The notes under the pieces were generated by a model. The model ran no database searches. It had not been told where the DNA came from and worked only from the letters and a program-made list of their open reading frames with translations. From Myxococcota bacterium (lineage in GTDB: Bacteria; Myxococcota_A; UBA9160; UBA4427), in contig OZ252299.1 of NCBI GenBank assembly GCA_965250285.1, positions 4,032,001 through 4,096,000 of the forward strand: a DNA stretch of 64,000 nt, read 5' to 3'. The position numbers and the translations under genes were made by a program. Position 1 is the first letter of the stretch. Each line of letters begins with the position of its first letter. Below are positions 27,369-36,722 of the stretch, in pieces.

Positions 27369-28532
27369 TCAGCGAGGCAGCCACGCTGCGAAGAACCGAA
27401 AGGCGTTCCCACCCATCACCTTGCGGATCTCCTCCCGCGTGAACCCCTCGTCGAGCATCGTCTGCGTGAGCACGGCGATCTCGGAGGCGTCGAAGAACAC
27501 CCGCGTGGCGCCGTCGAAGTCGGAGCCCAGGGCCACGTGGTCGACGCCGAGCAGATCGATGCCGTAGCGAATCGCGCGCACGACGCCCCGAGGCGACGCG
27601 TCGCAGACCGCGCCCGACCAAAAGCCGACGCCGACGAGGCCGCCGCCGTGCGCGATCTCGACCATCAGCTCGTCGTCGAGGTTGCGCGCCGAGTCGCAGA
27701 CACCGGCAAACCCGCCATGCGAGAGAATCACCGGCCGGCTCGAGCGGGCCAGCGTCTCGCGTACGCTCGCTCGCGAGGCGTGCGCCACGTCGATCACCAT
27801 CCCCCGCCTGCCCGCTTCGTCGACCAGCGCCCGACCGAGCTCGGTCAAGCCATCGCCCGAGACGCCGTGCAGTGAGCCGCCGACCTGATTGTCGAAGAAG
27901 TGGGTGAGCCCGACGACGCGCACGCCGAGCGCGTCGAGTGCATCGAGGTTCGCGAGCTCGCCGTCGAGCGCATGAGCGCCCTCGATGCCGAAGACGGCGC
28001 CCAGGACCCGCGCGCCCCCGGCGCGCGCGGCTTCGAGCGCGGCGAGGTCGGCGCGCGAACGAATCACGCGCAGCGAGCCGCCCGAGCGCAGCGCCCAGTC
28101 CTCGAGACGGCGGCCCTGGTACATGGCCCGCTCGAACGGACTGCCCCACGTCGCCGGTGGCCAGCCCTGCATGACCATCAGCCACCGGAGCGGATCGGTG
28201 TCGGAGGCGTTGCGTTCGTAATTCTGTCCCGACGGCGTCTGGGTCACGGCGGTCATGACCTGCAGCGCCAGCCCGCCCTCGAGCGCACGCGGCAGGTCGG
28301 TGTGACCCCGCTCGGCGCGCTCGAGCCAGTCGCGGCCCCAGAGCGTCGGGTCGGCGTGCAGATCGGCGACGGCGATCGAGTCGTGGAGGGTGCGAGCCCG
28401 GGCCGAGATCGGCCACGGCTCGTGGGGCGCGACGCGGTTGAGGCCCTGCTCGACGAGGGCGGGCCCGACGGTGAAGAACGCGACGATGGCGACCCCGAAG
28501 ATCGCGGCCATGACGAGCAGGAACGGCTTCAT
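27369..28532 (-). CDS. Membrane dipeptidase (peptidase M19)
   Basis: N-terminal TM, ADLHAD, GIEGAH, IDVAHAS, LSHGG, VALGSDFDG. Confidence 0.92.
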   Translation of the reverse strand: MKPFLLVMAAIFGVAIVAFFTVGPALVEQGLNRVAPHEPWPISARARTLHDSIAVADLHADPTLWGRDWLERAERGHTDLPRALEGGLALQVMTAVTQTPSGQNYERNASDTDPLRWLMVMQGWPPATWGSPFERAMYQGRRLEDWALRSGGSLRVIRSRADLAALEAARAGGARVLGAVFGIEGAHALDGELANLDALDALGVRVVGLTHFFDNQVGGSLHGVSGDGLTELGRALVDEAGRRGMVIDVAHASRASVRETLARSSRPVILSHGGFAGVCDSARNLDDELMVEIAHGGGLVGVGFWSGAVCDASPRGVVRAIRYGIDLLGVDHVALGSDFDGATRVFFDASEIAVLTQTMLDEGFTREEIRKVMGGNAFRFFAAWLPR

Positions 28533-28607
28533 CCGGGCTCCCCGGCCGTCCAGTCGACGGACCTCGGCCTGGGAACCTATCACGGGGGGCGCGGGGTGCT
28601 CCGCGCC

Positions 28608-28913
28608 CTAGTGCGAAGCCTCGGAAGAGGCGCTCAACGCCATCGAGAGCGACTGCGCGACCGCCAGCGCATGGTCGAGCAGCAGGGCCACCTCGGGCGC
28701 GAAGGCAAAGCCCCGAAACGCGCTCGTCGAGAGCTCCATGAACGGGCCCGCCATGTCGTCGGGCTCCTCCACACGCTTCAGCCCCTCGCGGATCCCCGAG
28801 AAGAAGGCGTGCTGGTCGGCGTCTCCGAACGCGTCGGTGAGTCGGCAGAGCTCATCGATGAGCGGGAGCAGGTCGCCCTCGACGACGTCGCGGGTCTCCT
28901 TCAATGCCGACAT
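28608..28913 (-). CDS. Hypothetical protein
   Basis: SD GGGAGG before ATG 28913; 13 nt downstream of the BLUF gene; PFMELSTSAFRGF core. Confidence 0.7.
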   Translation of the reverse strand: MSALKETRDVVEGDLLPLIDELCRLTDAFGDADQHAFFSGIREGLKRVEEPDDMAGPFMELSTSAFRGFAFAPEVALLLDHALAVAQSLSMALSASSEASH

Positions 28914-28926
28914 GCCGCCTCCCACC

Positions 28927-29364
28927 TCAGGGCCCGTCGCGGCTGACGATTGCAGCGCCGCTCGCAAGCTCTCCGAGCATGGCCAGCGCGCTGGTCGCCG
29001 TCATCGCGTACGGGTCCATCGCGCCGCCACCTGAGTACCGCAGCACGATGCTTCGGTTGACCTTGTCGAGATCGACGCTGCCCATCCGCCAGCTCGTGAA
29101 CCGTCGCTCGTCGACATCGGCGTAGTGGATCAGCGTGACGTCGTAGTGGCGTGGATCGCGCGCGATATGCGTATAGAGCCGATTCACCTCGGCCCGCCCG
29201 CCCTCGAGCACCTGAAGGAAGAGGCCCGGCTCGCGCTGCACGCAGAGGATACCGGTGACACCCAGCACCTCGTTGTTCTGCCGAGACTGGCGCAGAATCG
29301 ACGCCATCAGCGCGTCGTCGACCGGCGCCATCGCCCGGCTCGCATAGACGAGACGAACCAGCAC
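28927..29364 (-). CDS. Stand-alone BLUF blue-light sensor
   Basis: RLVYASRA (Tyr), SRQNN (Asn), FLQVLEG (Gln), DPRH, RRFTSWRM (Trp/Met). Confidence 0.93.
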   Translation of the reverse strand: MLVRLVYASRAMAPVDDALMASILRQSRQNNEVLGVTGILCVQREPGLFLQVLEGGRAEVNRLYTHIARDPRHYDVTLIHYADVDERRFTSWRMGSVDLDKVNRSIVLRYSGGGAMDPYAMTATSALAMLGELASGAAIVSRDGP

Positions 29365-29367
29365 GGT

Positions 29368-30138
29368 CTACGACCGCGCGTCGATGAGAGAGAGGAACTC
29401 ACGGCGCAGCGATGCGTCCTTCAAGAACGAGCCCCGCATGATCGAGTTGGTCATCTTCGACTCACCGTCCTTGACGCCGCGCCACTGCATGCAGAAGTGG
29501 TCGGCCTTCATGACGATCGCGATGCCGTCGGGCTGCATCTTGTCCTGAAGCACCTCGGCGACCTGATCGATGGCCTCTTCCTGGATCTGCGGTCGAGACA
29601 TGATCCAGTCGATCAGGCGCGCGTACTTCGAAAGCCCGATCAGCTCGCTGTGTTCGTTCGGCATCACGCCGACCCAGACGCGCCCCATGATCGGGCAGAG
29701 GTGGTGCGAGCAAGCGCTGCGCACGGTGATCGGCCCGATGATCATCAGCTCGCTCAGCTGCGACACATTCGGGAACTCGGTGACGGGCGGGGCTTCGCGG
29801 TAGCGACCGCCGAAGACCTCGCGCAGGTACATCTTGGCCACGCGGCGCGCCGTATCCTGGGTGTTGTGGTCGTCATCGATGTCGATGACCAGAGCTCGCA
29901 GCACCTCGGACATCTTGTCGGCCACCTCGGCCTGGAGCGCCTCGAGCTCGCCCTCGCGAATGAACGCATGGATGTTGTCGTTGGCGTTGAAGCGGGCGCC
30001 CTGCGCCTGCAGTCGAGCTCGAATGCGATCGGCGACGGGGGTCGTGCTGCCGGGGTCCTCGAACAAGGCCGGTGCCGGTGCGGCTGCGGACGAGCGGGCG
30101 CGCTCGGGGGCGACGAGGTTCTCCAGGGAAACGCTCAT
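29368..30138 (-). CDS. folE: GTP cyclohydrolase I
   Basis: DTARRVAKMY, SACSHHLCP, GLSKYAR, RPQIQEE, HFCMQWRGV. Confidence 0.95.
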   Translation of the reverse strand: MSVSLENLVAPERARSSAAAPAPALFEDPGSTTPVADRIRARLQAQGARFNANDNIHAFIREGELEALQAEVADKMSEVLRALVIDIDDDHNTQDTARRVAKMYLREVFGGRYREAPPVTEFPNVSQLSELMIIGPITVRSACSHHLCPIMGRVWVGVMPNEHSELIGLSKYARLIDWIMSRPQIQEEAIDQVAEVLQDKMQPDGIAIVMKADHFCMQWRGVKDGESKMTNSIMRGSFLKDASLRREFLSLIDARS

Positions 30139-30199
30139 GAAGTTGGGCTCCGATGGATGGGGTTCGAGCGGGCTGCGCCGGTCGAACGACGATGGCTTC

Positions 30200-30295
30200 T
30201 GCCTAGAAAAAAGCTGGACAATATCGACTGGTACAGATTCTAGACGCACGAGATCTGTACTGTCCAGTTCTGATGTCCAAATTTTCTGGACGTTT
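30200..30295. promoter_or_regulatory. AT-rich folE control region with nested dyads
   Basis: CTGGACA(30214)/TGTCCAG(30261), GTACAGAT(30231)/ATCTGTAC(30253), GTCCA...TGGAC(30275-30291). Confidence 0.55.
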
Positions 30296-30340
30296 CGCGC
30301 TTTTCGTCGATGAGAGCGAGCTGAAGCGCTCGACAGCGCT

Positions 30341-32590
30341 TCAGGCAGACCGCTCAGCGGCCGGCAGCCCCGACCAGTGTCCGGGATCCTGGGGACCCGC
30401 GGCCGGCATCACCTCGACCGGGATCCCCGTCAGGCGCGACATGCCGCTCACGGGCTCGACGGCGTCGACGCCGTCGGCCGCGAGCAGATTCACGTTGACC
30501 CCGCTGGTGCGGCTGGCGACCGAGAGCCCGGGCGCACCCTGGTGCCCCCAGCCGTGCGGCAGCGCCACGCTGCCGGGCAGCAGATCGTCGAGCAGCTGGA
30601 TCGGCACCCGCACCGTGGCCGTCGCCGACCGCACGTCGGCGAGATCGCCCGGTTCGAGCCCCGCCGCCTTCGCGTCCTGGGAGTGCATGTACAGATAGTT
30701 GGTGTGGAGCGCGCCGCGGACGAACTCGGCGTCATTGTGCGTCCACGAGTTGTGGGTCTTCACGTGCCGCTTGGTGATGAGCCGAAGCCCCCCGACGTCA
30801 CGCTGCTCGGCCTCGAAGGCCTGCTCGAGCACCGCGGCGCGCTCGACGAGACGCGCCGGCGCGAGAGCGATCTTGCGGTCGGCAGTCGCCACCCCACCCT
30901 CGCGCAGCGAACCCACTGGATGCGCCGGACGCGATCGACCGTGGGTCTCGGCTTCGAGCGCATCGAAGCCGCCGTTCTTCGTGAGGCGCAAGATCGACGA
31001 CATCAGAAACTTCTGCGGGACCGAGCGCGGCCGGTCGGGGTTCTTCTTCGAGTGCCGCGCGGTGCCCCACTCGAGCAGTCGCTGCGCGATCCCCGAGCCG
31101 AAGAGCGGCGCGCCGCACGCATGAGCGAGATCGAGATAGATCGTCGCTTCGTCGCGCTGGTCGCCGGGCGACGCGCAGACGGGCTCGGTTGCCTGCAGAT
31201 ACGGTCGCGACTGCATCCCCATGAGCAGCGGAAACGCGAAGGGCAGATCGAAACGCTCGAAGGGGGTCGTCGCCGGCAGCTGCCAGTGCGCGAGGTGCCC
31301 GGTCTCGGTGGGCAGGATGTCGATCGTCACCAGCAGCTCGAGGCCCTCGAAGGCGCGCTTGAGGCGTTCGCTGTTGGCCATCGTGATGAGCGGATTGCCG
31401 CCCGTGACGAACAGCGCCTTCAGCTGGCCCGGCCCCTCGGTCAGCATCTCGTCGGCCATCACGCCGCCCGGGAAAGCGTCGTTGACCGCCTGGAACCCGC
31501 CGATGCGCGACGTCTCGCTCGAGAGCCCGAAGCCGCTGCGCTCGCCGAGCTTGGCGAAGTCGAGAATGCCCCGGCCGAGGATCGTGCCGCCCCGGCGGTC
31601 GAGGTTGCCGCTGACGGCGTTGATCACCTCCTGCAGCCAGAACGCGAGGGCGCCGTGCCCACCCATGTTCACGCCGGTCGAGCTGTAGAGCACCGCGCCG
31701 TCGGCCTCACGGTACGCGCGCACCATCGCGCGCAGGGTCTCGGCGGGGATCCGCGTGACGTCGGCCGTGCGCTCGGGGCTCCAGGGCGCGACGATGCGCT
31801 CGACCTCGTCGAAGCCGGTCGTCAGCGCTTCGACCGTTTCGCGATCGACCCCGCCCGTCGCGATCAACTCGTTCAGGAACGAGAGATAGAAGAACACGTC
31901 GGTGCCCGGCTGGATCGCCACGTACTCGCCCGCCGTCTTCGCCGTCTCGGTCCGGCGCGGATCGACGACGAAGATGCGACCGCCCCGCGCCTCGATCTCC
32001 TTGAGGCGCTTCCCCGGGTTGGGCACCTGCAGGAAGCTCCACTTCGAGACGACCGGGTTCGCGCCGACGATGATCAGGCACTCGACGTGCTCGACATCGG
32101 GGAACGGCTGCGTGAAGGGAAACCCGTAGACCTCTCGGGCGACGGCGAACTTGTTGCTGCAATCCTGGGTCGCCGAGGCATAGATGCTCTTCGACCCGAG
32201 ACCGGTCATGAAGCCCTGCGCGAAGATCGGGTGGAGCAGGCTGAAACCGGCGGCGGTCCCGACGTACATCCCGACCGAGTCGGGGCCGTGATCACGCACG
32301 AGCTGCTTCACCTTCGCGCCGATGTCGCCCATGGCGTCGTCCCACGAGGCATCGACGAAGCCCCCGTCCACCTTCTTGCGCGGGCGCTGGAGCCGATCGG
32401 GCGAGGCGTAGAGCTGGTGCTGCTTGAGCCCCTTGACGCAACCGAAGCCGTCGGTCGCCACGTGCGCGTCGTCGGGCCGGATGCGCGTCACCGCGCCGTC
32501 CTCGAGCGTCACCTCGAGGCCGCAGAGCGATTCGCAGATGCGACAGAAGGTGTTTCGCGTCTCGGTGATCGGGGCGTGCGACTCGGCCAC
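30341..32590 (-). CDS. Molybdopterin-dependent oxidoreductase (DMSO reductase superfamily)
   Basis: N-terminal CRICESLCG...GCVKG [4Fe-4S] motif, VVDPRRTETA, C-terminal HNSW and VALPHGWGH; GTG start after GAGGA. Confidence 0.92.
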   Translation of the reverse strand: MAESHAPITETRNTFCRICESLCGLEVTLEDGAVTRIRPDDAHVATDGFGCVKGLKQHQLYASPDRLQRPRKKVDGGFVDASWDDAMGDIGAKVKQLVRDHGPDSVGMYVGTAAGFSLLHPIFAQGFMTGLGSKSIYASATQDCSNKFAVAREVYGFPFTQPFPDVEHVECLIIVGANPVVSKWSFLQVPNPGKRLKEIEARGGRIFVVDPRRTETAKTAGEYVAIQPGTDVFFYLSFLNELIATGGVDRETVEALTTGFDEVERIVAPWSPERTADVTRIPAETLRAMVRAYREADGAVLYSSTGVNMGGHGALAFWLQEVINAVSGNLDRRGGTILGRGILDFAKLGERSGFGLSSETSRIGGFQAVNDAFPGGVMADEMLTEGPGQLKALFVTGGNPLITMANSERLKRAFEGLELLVTIDILPTETGHLAHWQLPATTPFERFDLPFAFPLLMGMQSRPYLQATEPVCASPGDQRDEATIYLDLAHACGAPLFGSGIAQRLLEWGTARHSKKNPDRPRSVPQKFLMSSILRLTKNGGFDALEAETHGRSRPAHPVGSLREGGVATADRKIALAPARLVERAAVLEQAFEAEQRDVGGLRLITKRHVKTHNSWTHNDAEFVRGALHTNYLYMHSQDAKAAGLEPGDLADVRSATATVRVPIQLLDDLLPGSVALPHGWGHQGAPGLSVASRTSGVNVNLLAADGVDAVEPVSGMSRLTGIPVEVMPAAGPQDPGHWSGLPAAERSA

Positions 32591-32675
32591 GGGCGTCCTC
32601 CGTTGGGGCCGGCGATGATAGCCGCGACCCGACCGGCGCCGAGCGGAGTGAATCTGGACAGCGCCCGCCCTCGGC

Positions 32676-33257
32676 TCAGACCTTGAAGCGGATCGTCTCG
32701 ACGAGCGCCTCGAAGTCGGGCCGGCCCGCCTCGAAATAGTGCTGCTCGGCGGCGCGGTACTCGAAGCGATAGATCCACGGACCGACGGCGCACCCGACTT
32801 CGACGGTGCGGATCGGCAGGCCGGTCTCACCGCGAAACTGGTAGTCGATCTCGTAGCAGGCGCGGCCATCGACGACGGCCGGACCATTGCCGAGCACCTC
32901 GAGCCCCCCGACGCCGTCGTCGAGCCGGCGACTGTCGAGCGAGATCTCGGCGATCTCGTGGGGCATGAGGTCGCCCTCGAGCGTGCGACCGGTGCCCTTC
33001 ACCTCGGTCGTGAGCTTCCAGCGTCGCAGGTGCATCGAGTCGAGCTCGATGCCGTGGCGCGTGAGGAAGAGCCCCTCCGAGAACGTCGCCGCCATCCACT
33101 CGGCGGGCACCACCATCTCGAGCTGCAGCCAGATGTGCGTGTAGGGCTTCTCGTTCGACTTCGACCACGTCGCGCAGCCGGTGCCGGCGACCTGGAGCGC
33201 GACAGCGAGGACCAGCGGCGCGCCGAGGCGCCGAAGCAGCGAGCGAAACGGGGTCAT
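32676..33257 (-). CDS. Putative lipoprotein
   Basis: Lipobox-like VAGTGC; ATGA overlap with the upstream gene. Confidence 0.75.
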   Translation of the reverse strand: MTPFRSLLRRLGAPLVLAVALQVAGTGCATWSKSNEKPYTHIWLQLEMVVPAEWMAATFSEGLFLTRHGIELDSMHLRRWKLTTEVKGTGRTLEGDLMPHEIAEISLDSRRLDDGVGGLEVLGNGPAVVDGRACYEIDYQFRGETGLPIRTVEVGCAVGPWIYRFEYRAAEQHYFEAGRPDFEALVETIRFKV

Positions 33258-34504
33258 TGGGACGCGGGCTCCTTCGAGTCGATGCGCTCGAGATAGTGGG
33301 CCGCGTGGGCGGCGTCGGGCGCATCGGGGGCGGCCTTCAGGTAGCTCGCGAGGTGCGCCCGGGCCTGCTGCCCGCTGTCGCCCCGCTTCTCGAAGTCGCG
33401 GTAGTACAGGAAGCCGAGGCCACGGTGGGCCCCGGCGTGACTGCGATCGAGCGCGAGCGCGCGTTCCCAGGCTTCGATCGCGCCTGCGCGGTCCGGGTTC
33501 GACTTCGAGCGCAGCCGCGCCTCACCGAGAACGACCCAGGCGTCGGCGTCGGTCTCGTCCTGGGCGAGGGCGAGCTCGGCGGTCTGCCGCGCCGAGTCGA
33601 AGCGGCCACGATCGAGTTCGAGGCCAGCCTGGTGAACGCGCACGGTGTGCACGCGCGCGTTGAAGCGGTCGGCGCCCAGGGTGCGCCCTTCGGCCGCGGC
33701 CGACGCCGCGTACTCGCCGGCGATCAGCTTCTCGTAGCCATCGATGCGGTTGCGCATGTGGATCGGGGTGCCGAACGAGAAGCCGAGCGGGGCGGGCGGC
33801 CGCTGCGCGTTGACCTCGGCCAGATACGCGACGCTGCGCTCGAAGAGTCGCGGCGCCTCGTTCAGGTCGTAGCCGGCCGCATCCATCATCTCGAGACCGA
33901 TGCGATCGGCTCGCTTCTCGAGCTCGTGGTGGTACCCGGCCATCGAAGAGAAGCTGCCGGCCTGGAGGAACATCTGCGCATAGCCCCCGCCCTGAACCGG
34001 CGACGAGAAGACCCGCGTGGCGGCGAGCGCGTTGCCCGTCTCGCGCGTCGTCCGGTGCTCGAGCAGCGCGTGTCGCTGCAGCACGTGCGCGATCTCGCGG
34101 GAGAGCATCGTGGCCAGCTGCGCCTCGTTCTCCATGTGCGCGAGCAGCGCCGTGTGGACGTAGATCACGCCGTTCGGGAACGACATCGCGTTCATGTCGG
34201 GGTTCGAGAGCACCGTGATGCGCGGCTCGAGGCCAGCCGTCGCGAAGGCGTCCCCAGCGAGCAACGTCGCGACCTCCACCATGTAGGCCTCGAGGGCCGG
34301 ATCCTCGAAGCGCATGCCGCTGCCATCGAGCGCGACCTGGGTCTCGCGGGCCCGCGTCCAGAGGTGCTCTTCGTCCTGGGTGCGCTCCGCGCTGGCGTCG
34401 AGCTGATCGAGCGACGCGACGGGCATCTGCATGCAGCCGACCCAAGGCCCGACACACACGAACAGGACCAGCGCGCAGGCGCTTCGGCGGATCGACCGGG
34501 TCAT
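33254..34504 (-). CDS. M48 peptidase-like lipoprotein with TPR repeats (zinc motif altered to REIAH)
   Basis: NAMSFPNGVIYVHTALL, NEAQLATMLSREIAH, ELEKRADRIG...AGYD; C-terminal TPRs; WVGC lipobox-like. Confidence 0.85.
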   Translation of the reverse strand: MTRSIRRSACALVLFVCVGPWVGCMQMPVASLDQLDASAERTQDEEHLWTRARETQVALDGSGMRFEDPALEAYMVEVATLLAGDAFATAGLEPRITVLSNPDMNAMSFPNGVIYVHTALLAHMENEAQLATMLSREIAHVLQRHALLEHRTTRETGNALAATRVFSSPVQGGGYAQMFLQAGSFSSMAGYHHELEKRADRIGLEMMDAAGYDLNEAPRLFERSVAYLAEVNAQRPPAPLGFSFGTPIHMRNRIDGYEKLIAGEYAASAAAEGRTLGADRFNARVHTVRVHQAGLELDRGRFDSARQTAELALAQDETDADAWVVLGEARLRSKSNPDRAGAIEAWERALALDRSHAGAHRGLGFLYYRDFEKRGDSGQQARAHLASYLKAAPDAPDAAHAAHYLERIDSKEPASQ

Positions 34505-35289
34505 TGCGGGAGCCCCTTCATCAGGGTGTCGACCAGAGCCTGGTCGGTCGCCTGATCGCGCAGATCCGTGAACGGCAATGAGAGCGAGTTGAACCAGAGG
34601 ATGTCGCCGGTCTCGGTCTCGACGAGGGCGAGCATCAGCTTCGCGGGCGTCGCCCCCGGCCCCGCATAGCTCGCGGTCATGGCGCTGACGGCGATGCCCG
34701 CAGCGACCAGCGCGGCGCGTTGGCGTGTCGGCACGTGATCGGTGGCGATCACCAGCAGGAACGCGTCTGCGGGGGTGGGTCCGATCAGCGTGCTCGCTTC
34801 GCTCCCGAGCGTGTAGTCGAAGTCGGAGATCTTGTGGGGAAAGGTGTTCCAGGGGTCGTAGGCGTGACGCAGGATGGCGAGGCTCGCCGCCTCGAAGAGC
34901 AGCCAGGTGTCCTCGGCCTCGGTGTAGCCGGCCTCGGCCGCACGAGCGGCAGCCGCGTCGTCGCGCCGGATCGTGCGATGCGGCAGGTCGGCGCCGGCAT
35001 AGGGAACGAACTCGCGGCCCAGCTCCTCGACCTCGGCTTCGACGGCCGCGACGACGTGGGCATACGCCGACTCGCTCCAGTCCCGCACCTCTTCTTCGGT
35101 GTCGCCCGCCGACATCTCGTAGACCGACACCTTGGGCGGCACGAGGGTGATCCGCCGAACCCCCTCGAACCGCGACTCGAAGTCGGCGGGCTGACGCTGC
35201 GGCGGCGGGGTGGCGCAGGCCACTTGCCCCGAAACCGCGAGCAGGACGAGCCCCGTGAAGAGCAGCCCGCGCGTGCGGGCGCGTCGCAT
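34501..35289 (-). CDS. Putative lipoprotein
   Basis: QVAC lipobox-like; C-terminal LALVETETGDILWFN typical of alpha/beta envelope lipoproteins; alternative start 35307. Confidence 0.75.
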   Translation of the reverse strand: MRRARTRGLLFTGLVLLAVSGQVACATPPPQRQPADFESRFEGVRRITLVPPKVSVYEMSAGDTEEEVRDWSESAYAHVVAAVEAEVEELGREFVPYAGADLPHRTIRRDDAAAARAAEAGYTEAEDTWLLFEAASLAILRHAYDPWNTFPHKISDFDYTLGSEASTLIGPTPADAFLLVIATDHVPTRQRAALVAAGIAVSAMTASYAGPGATPAKLMLALVETETGDILWFNSLSLPFTDLRDQATDQALVDTLMKGLPQ

Positions 35290-35293
35290 CGAC

Positions 35294-36262
35294 TCAGCCT
35301 TCTGCATGATCGTTCGCCTTCGCCTTCCCAGCCTTGCTCGCCTTGTCGCTCTCGGCCTCGAGATCGACGAGCTTATCGCCCGTGTAGCCGCACGCCTTGC
35401 TCGGAGCGTCGAGCAGCTGCTTCGCGAAGAAGATCTCGCGGCGCTCGTCTTCGTTGTGGCCCGGTCGGTCGGCGACCTGCTCGAGCATCGCACGCCCCTC
35501 GTCGAGGCGCGCGTCCTGCTTCTTCTCGGTGCCGATGCACAAGAGCTGCGTGCCGACCTCGACGCGGTAGTCGAGGCGATCGGGATGCAGCGCGAGGGCC
35601 TTGCGGCTGTGGGCCAGCCCCTTCTCGCGATCGCCGCGCACGCCGAAGAGCCACTTCACCCAGATCGAGTCGGGCACCACGCGGTTCCAGTTCGCGCTCG
35701 CGTAGTACAGATTGGCGAGGGTCGAGCTGCCCGGGCCGTCGCTGTGGGTGGGCTCGAGCTCGATGCCCCGCTCGAGCAAGCGGTTCATCTCGCGCGCCTG
35801 GCGCGCGGCCGACAGCAGGCCGCGGGTCGTCGCGATGCGCGCCATCGCCGAGAACTTCCACATCATGCACTCGCCGCACGCGTCGTTCGCGTCGATCCCT
35901 CGCTGAGCGAGCGCCTTGGCGCGCTCGAAATGCTCGAGCTTCGCGGCGTCGGCCGCCGCGTCGTCGAGGGGCAGCAGCTCACCGGCGAGCCAGTGCGCCC
36001 GGGCCGCGCGCCAGTAGCCGTTGGGGTCGCCGCCGGGCGCATCGGCCACACCGAGAAACAGCGCGGCCGCGCCCTCGAGGTCGTTCGAGAGCTCGACCGG
36101 ATCGGCGGCCGCGTCTGTGAACGCCCGAATCTCGACCTGCGACGCGCGCTCCCAGTCGGTCGGGGCGGGGCTCGGGTCGGCCGCTGCCTGGGCACTGGCC
36201 GGCCAGGCGAGGGTCAGCGTGAGCAGCAGGGCGGCGAGGGGCGAGAGCGGGCGACGGATCAT
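35294..36262 (-). CDS. Secreted TPR-like helical protein
   Basis: Signal peptide ending ASA; YWRAARAHW, HFERAKALA, ALALHPD helical repeats; SD GAGGAG. Confidence 0.75.
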   Translation of the reverse strand: MIRRPLSPLAALLLTLTLAWPASAQAAADPSPAPTDWERASQVEIRAFTDAAADPVELSNDLEGAAALFLGVADAPGGDPNGYWRAARAHWLAGELLPLDDAAADAAKLEHFERAKALAQRGIDANDACGECMMWKFSAMARIATTRGLLSAARQAREMNRLLERGIELEPTHSDGPGSSTLANLYYASANWNRVVPDSIWVKWLFGVRGDREKGLAHSRKALALHPDRLDYRVEVGTQLLCIGTEKKQDARLDEGRAMLEQVADRPGHNEDERREIFFAKQLLDAPSKACGYTGDKLVDLEAESDKASKAGKAKANDHAEG

Positions 36263-36642
36263 GTCAGGGTCTCCTCTGGACGCGTCATTCGGCCTCGGGG
36301 CCGGGCTCGCGTCGTCGAGGGACAATCTGCCCGAGGCGCGACACGGGCGGCAGGGGCCGGATGGCCCACCCCCGATCGGCATGGGTCGGCGGCCGACGAC
36401 GACGGGGTGCGACCCGGCACGGCCGGTGGGGCGGCGCAGACCGATCCAGGTCGATGCCGGTCGATCGCCTGCGCCAGGCTCCATGCGGATCGGTCTCTGC
36501 GCTCCTTCGAAGCCACGCGCCGACTCGAACGCGCGTGCATGCGCAGGCACAGCCCAAACGTGACGATTCCCACTCGATTTTCGCCTGCATCGCAGCCCGG
36601 TGGTGCCTGGATGTGCCCGCGGGTGCTCGAGTCGCACTCGAA

Positions 36643-36665
36643 TTCAAAGTCGATCGGACGTTGAA
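36643..36665. promoter_or_regulatory. Probable TetR operator
   Basis: TTCAAAGTC-N5-GACGTTGAA (8/9 dyad) about 60 nt upstream of tetR. Confidence 0.5.
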
Positions 36666-36722
36666 CCATTCAGGCACTGGCGGTGCTGGACTCGAGCCAC
36701 CGCGCTCTCTAGGCTGCAGGAG

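Noticed and set aside
30377..32686. 769-aa plus-strand ORF
   Set aside because: Antisense shadow of the molybdopterin oxidoreductase
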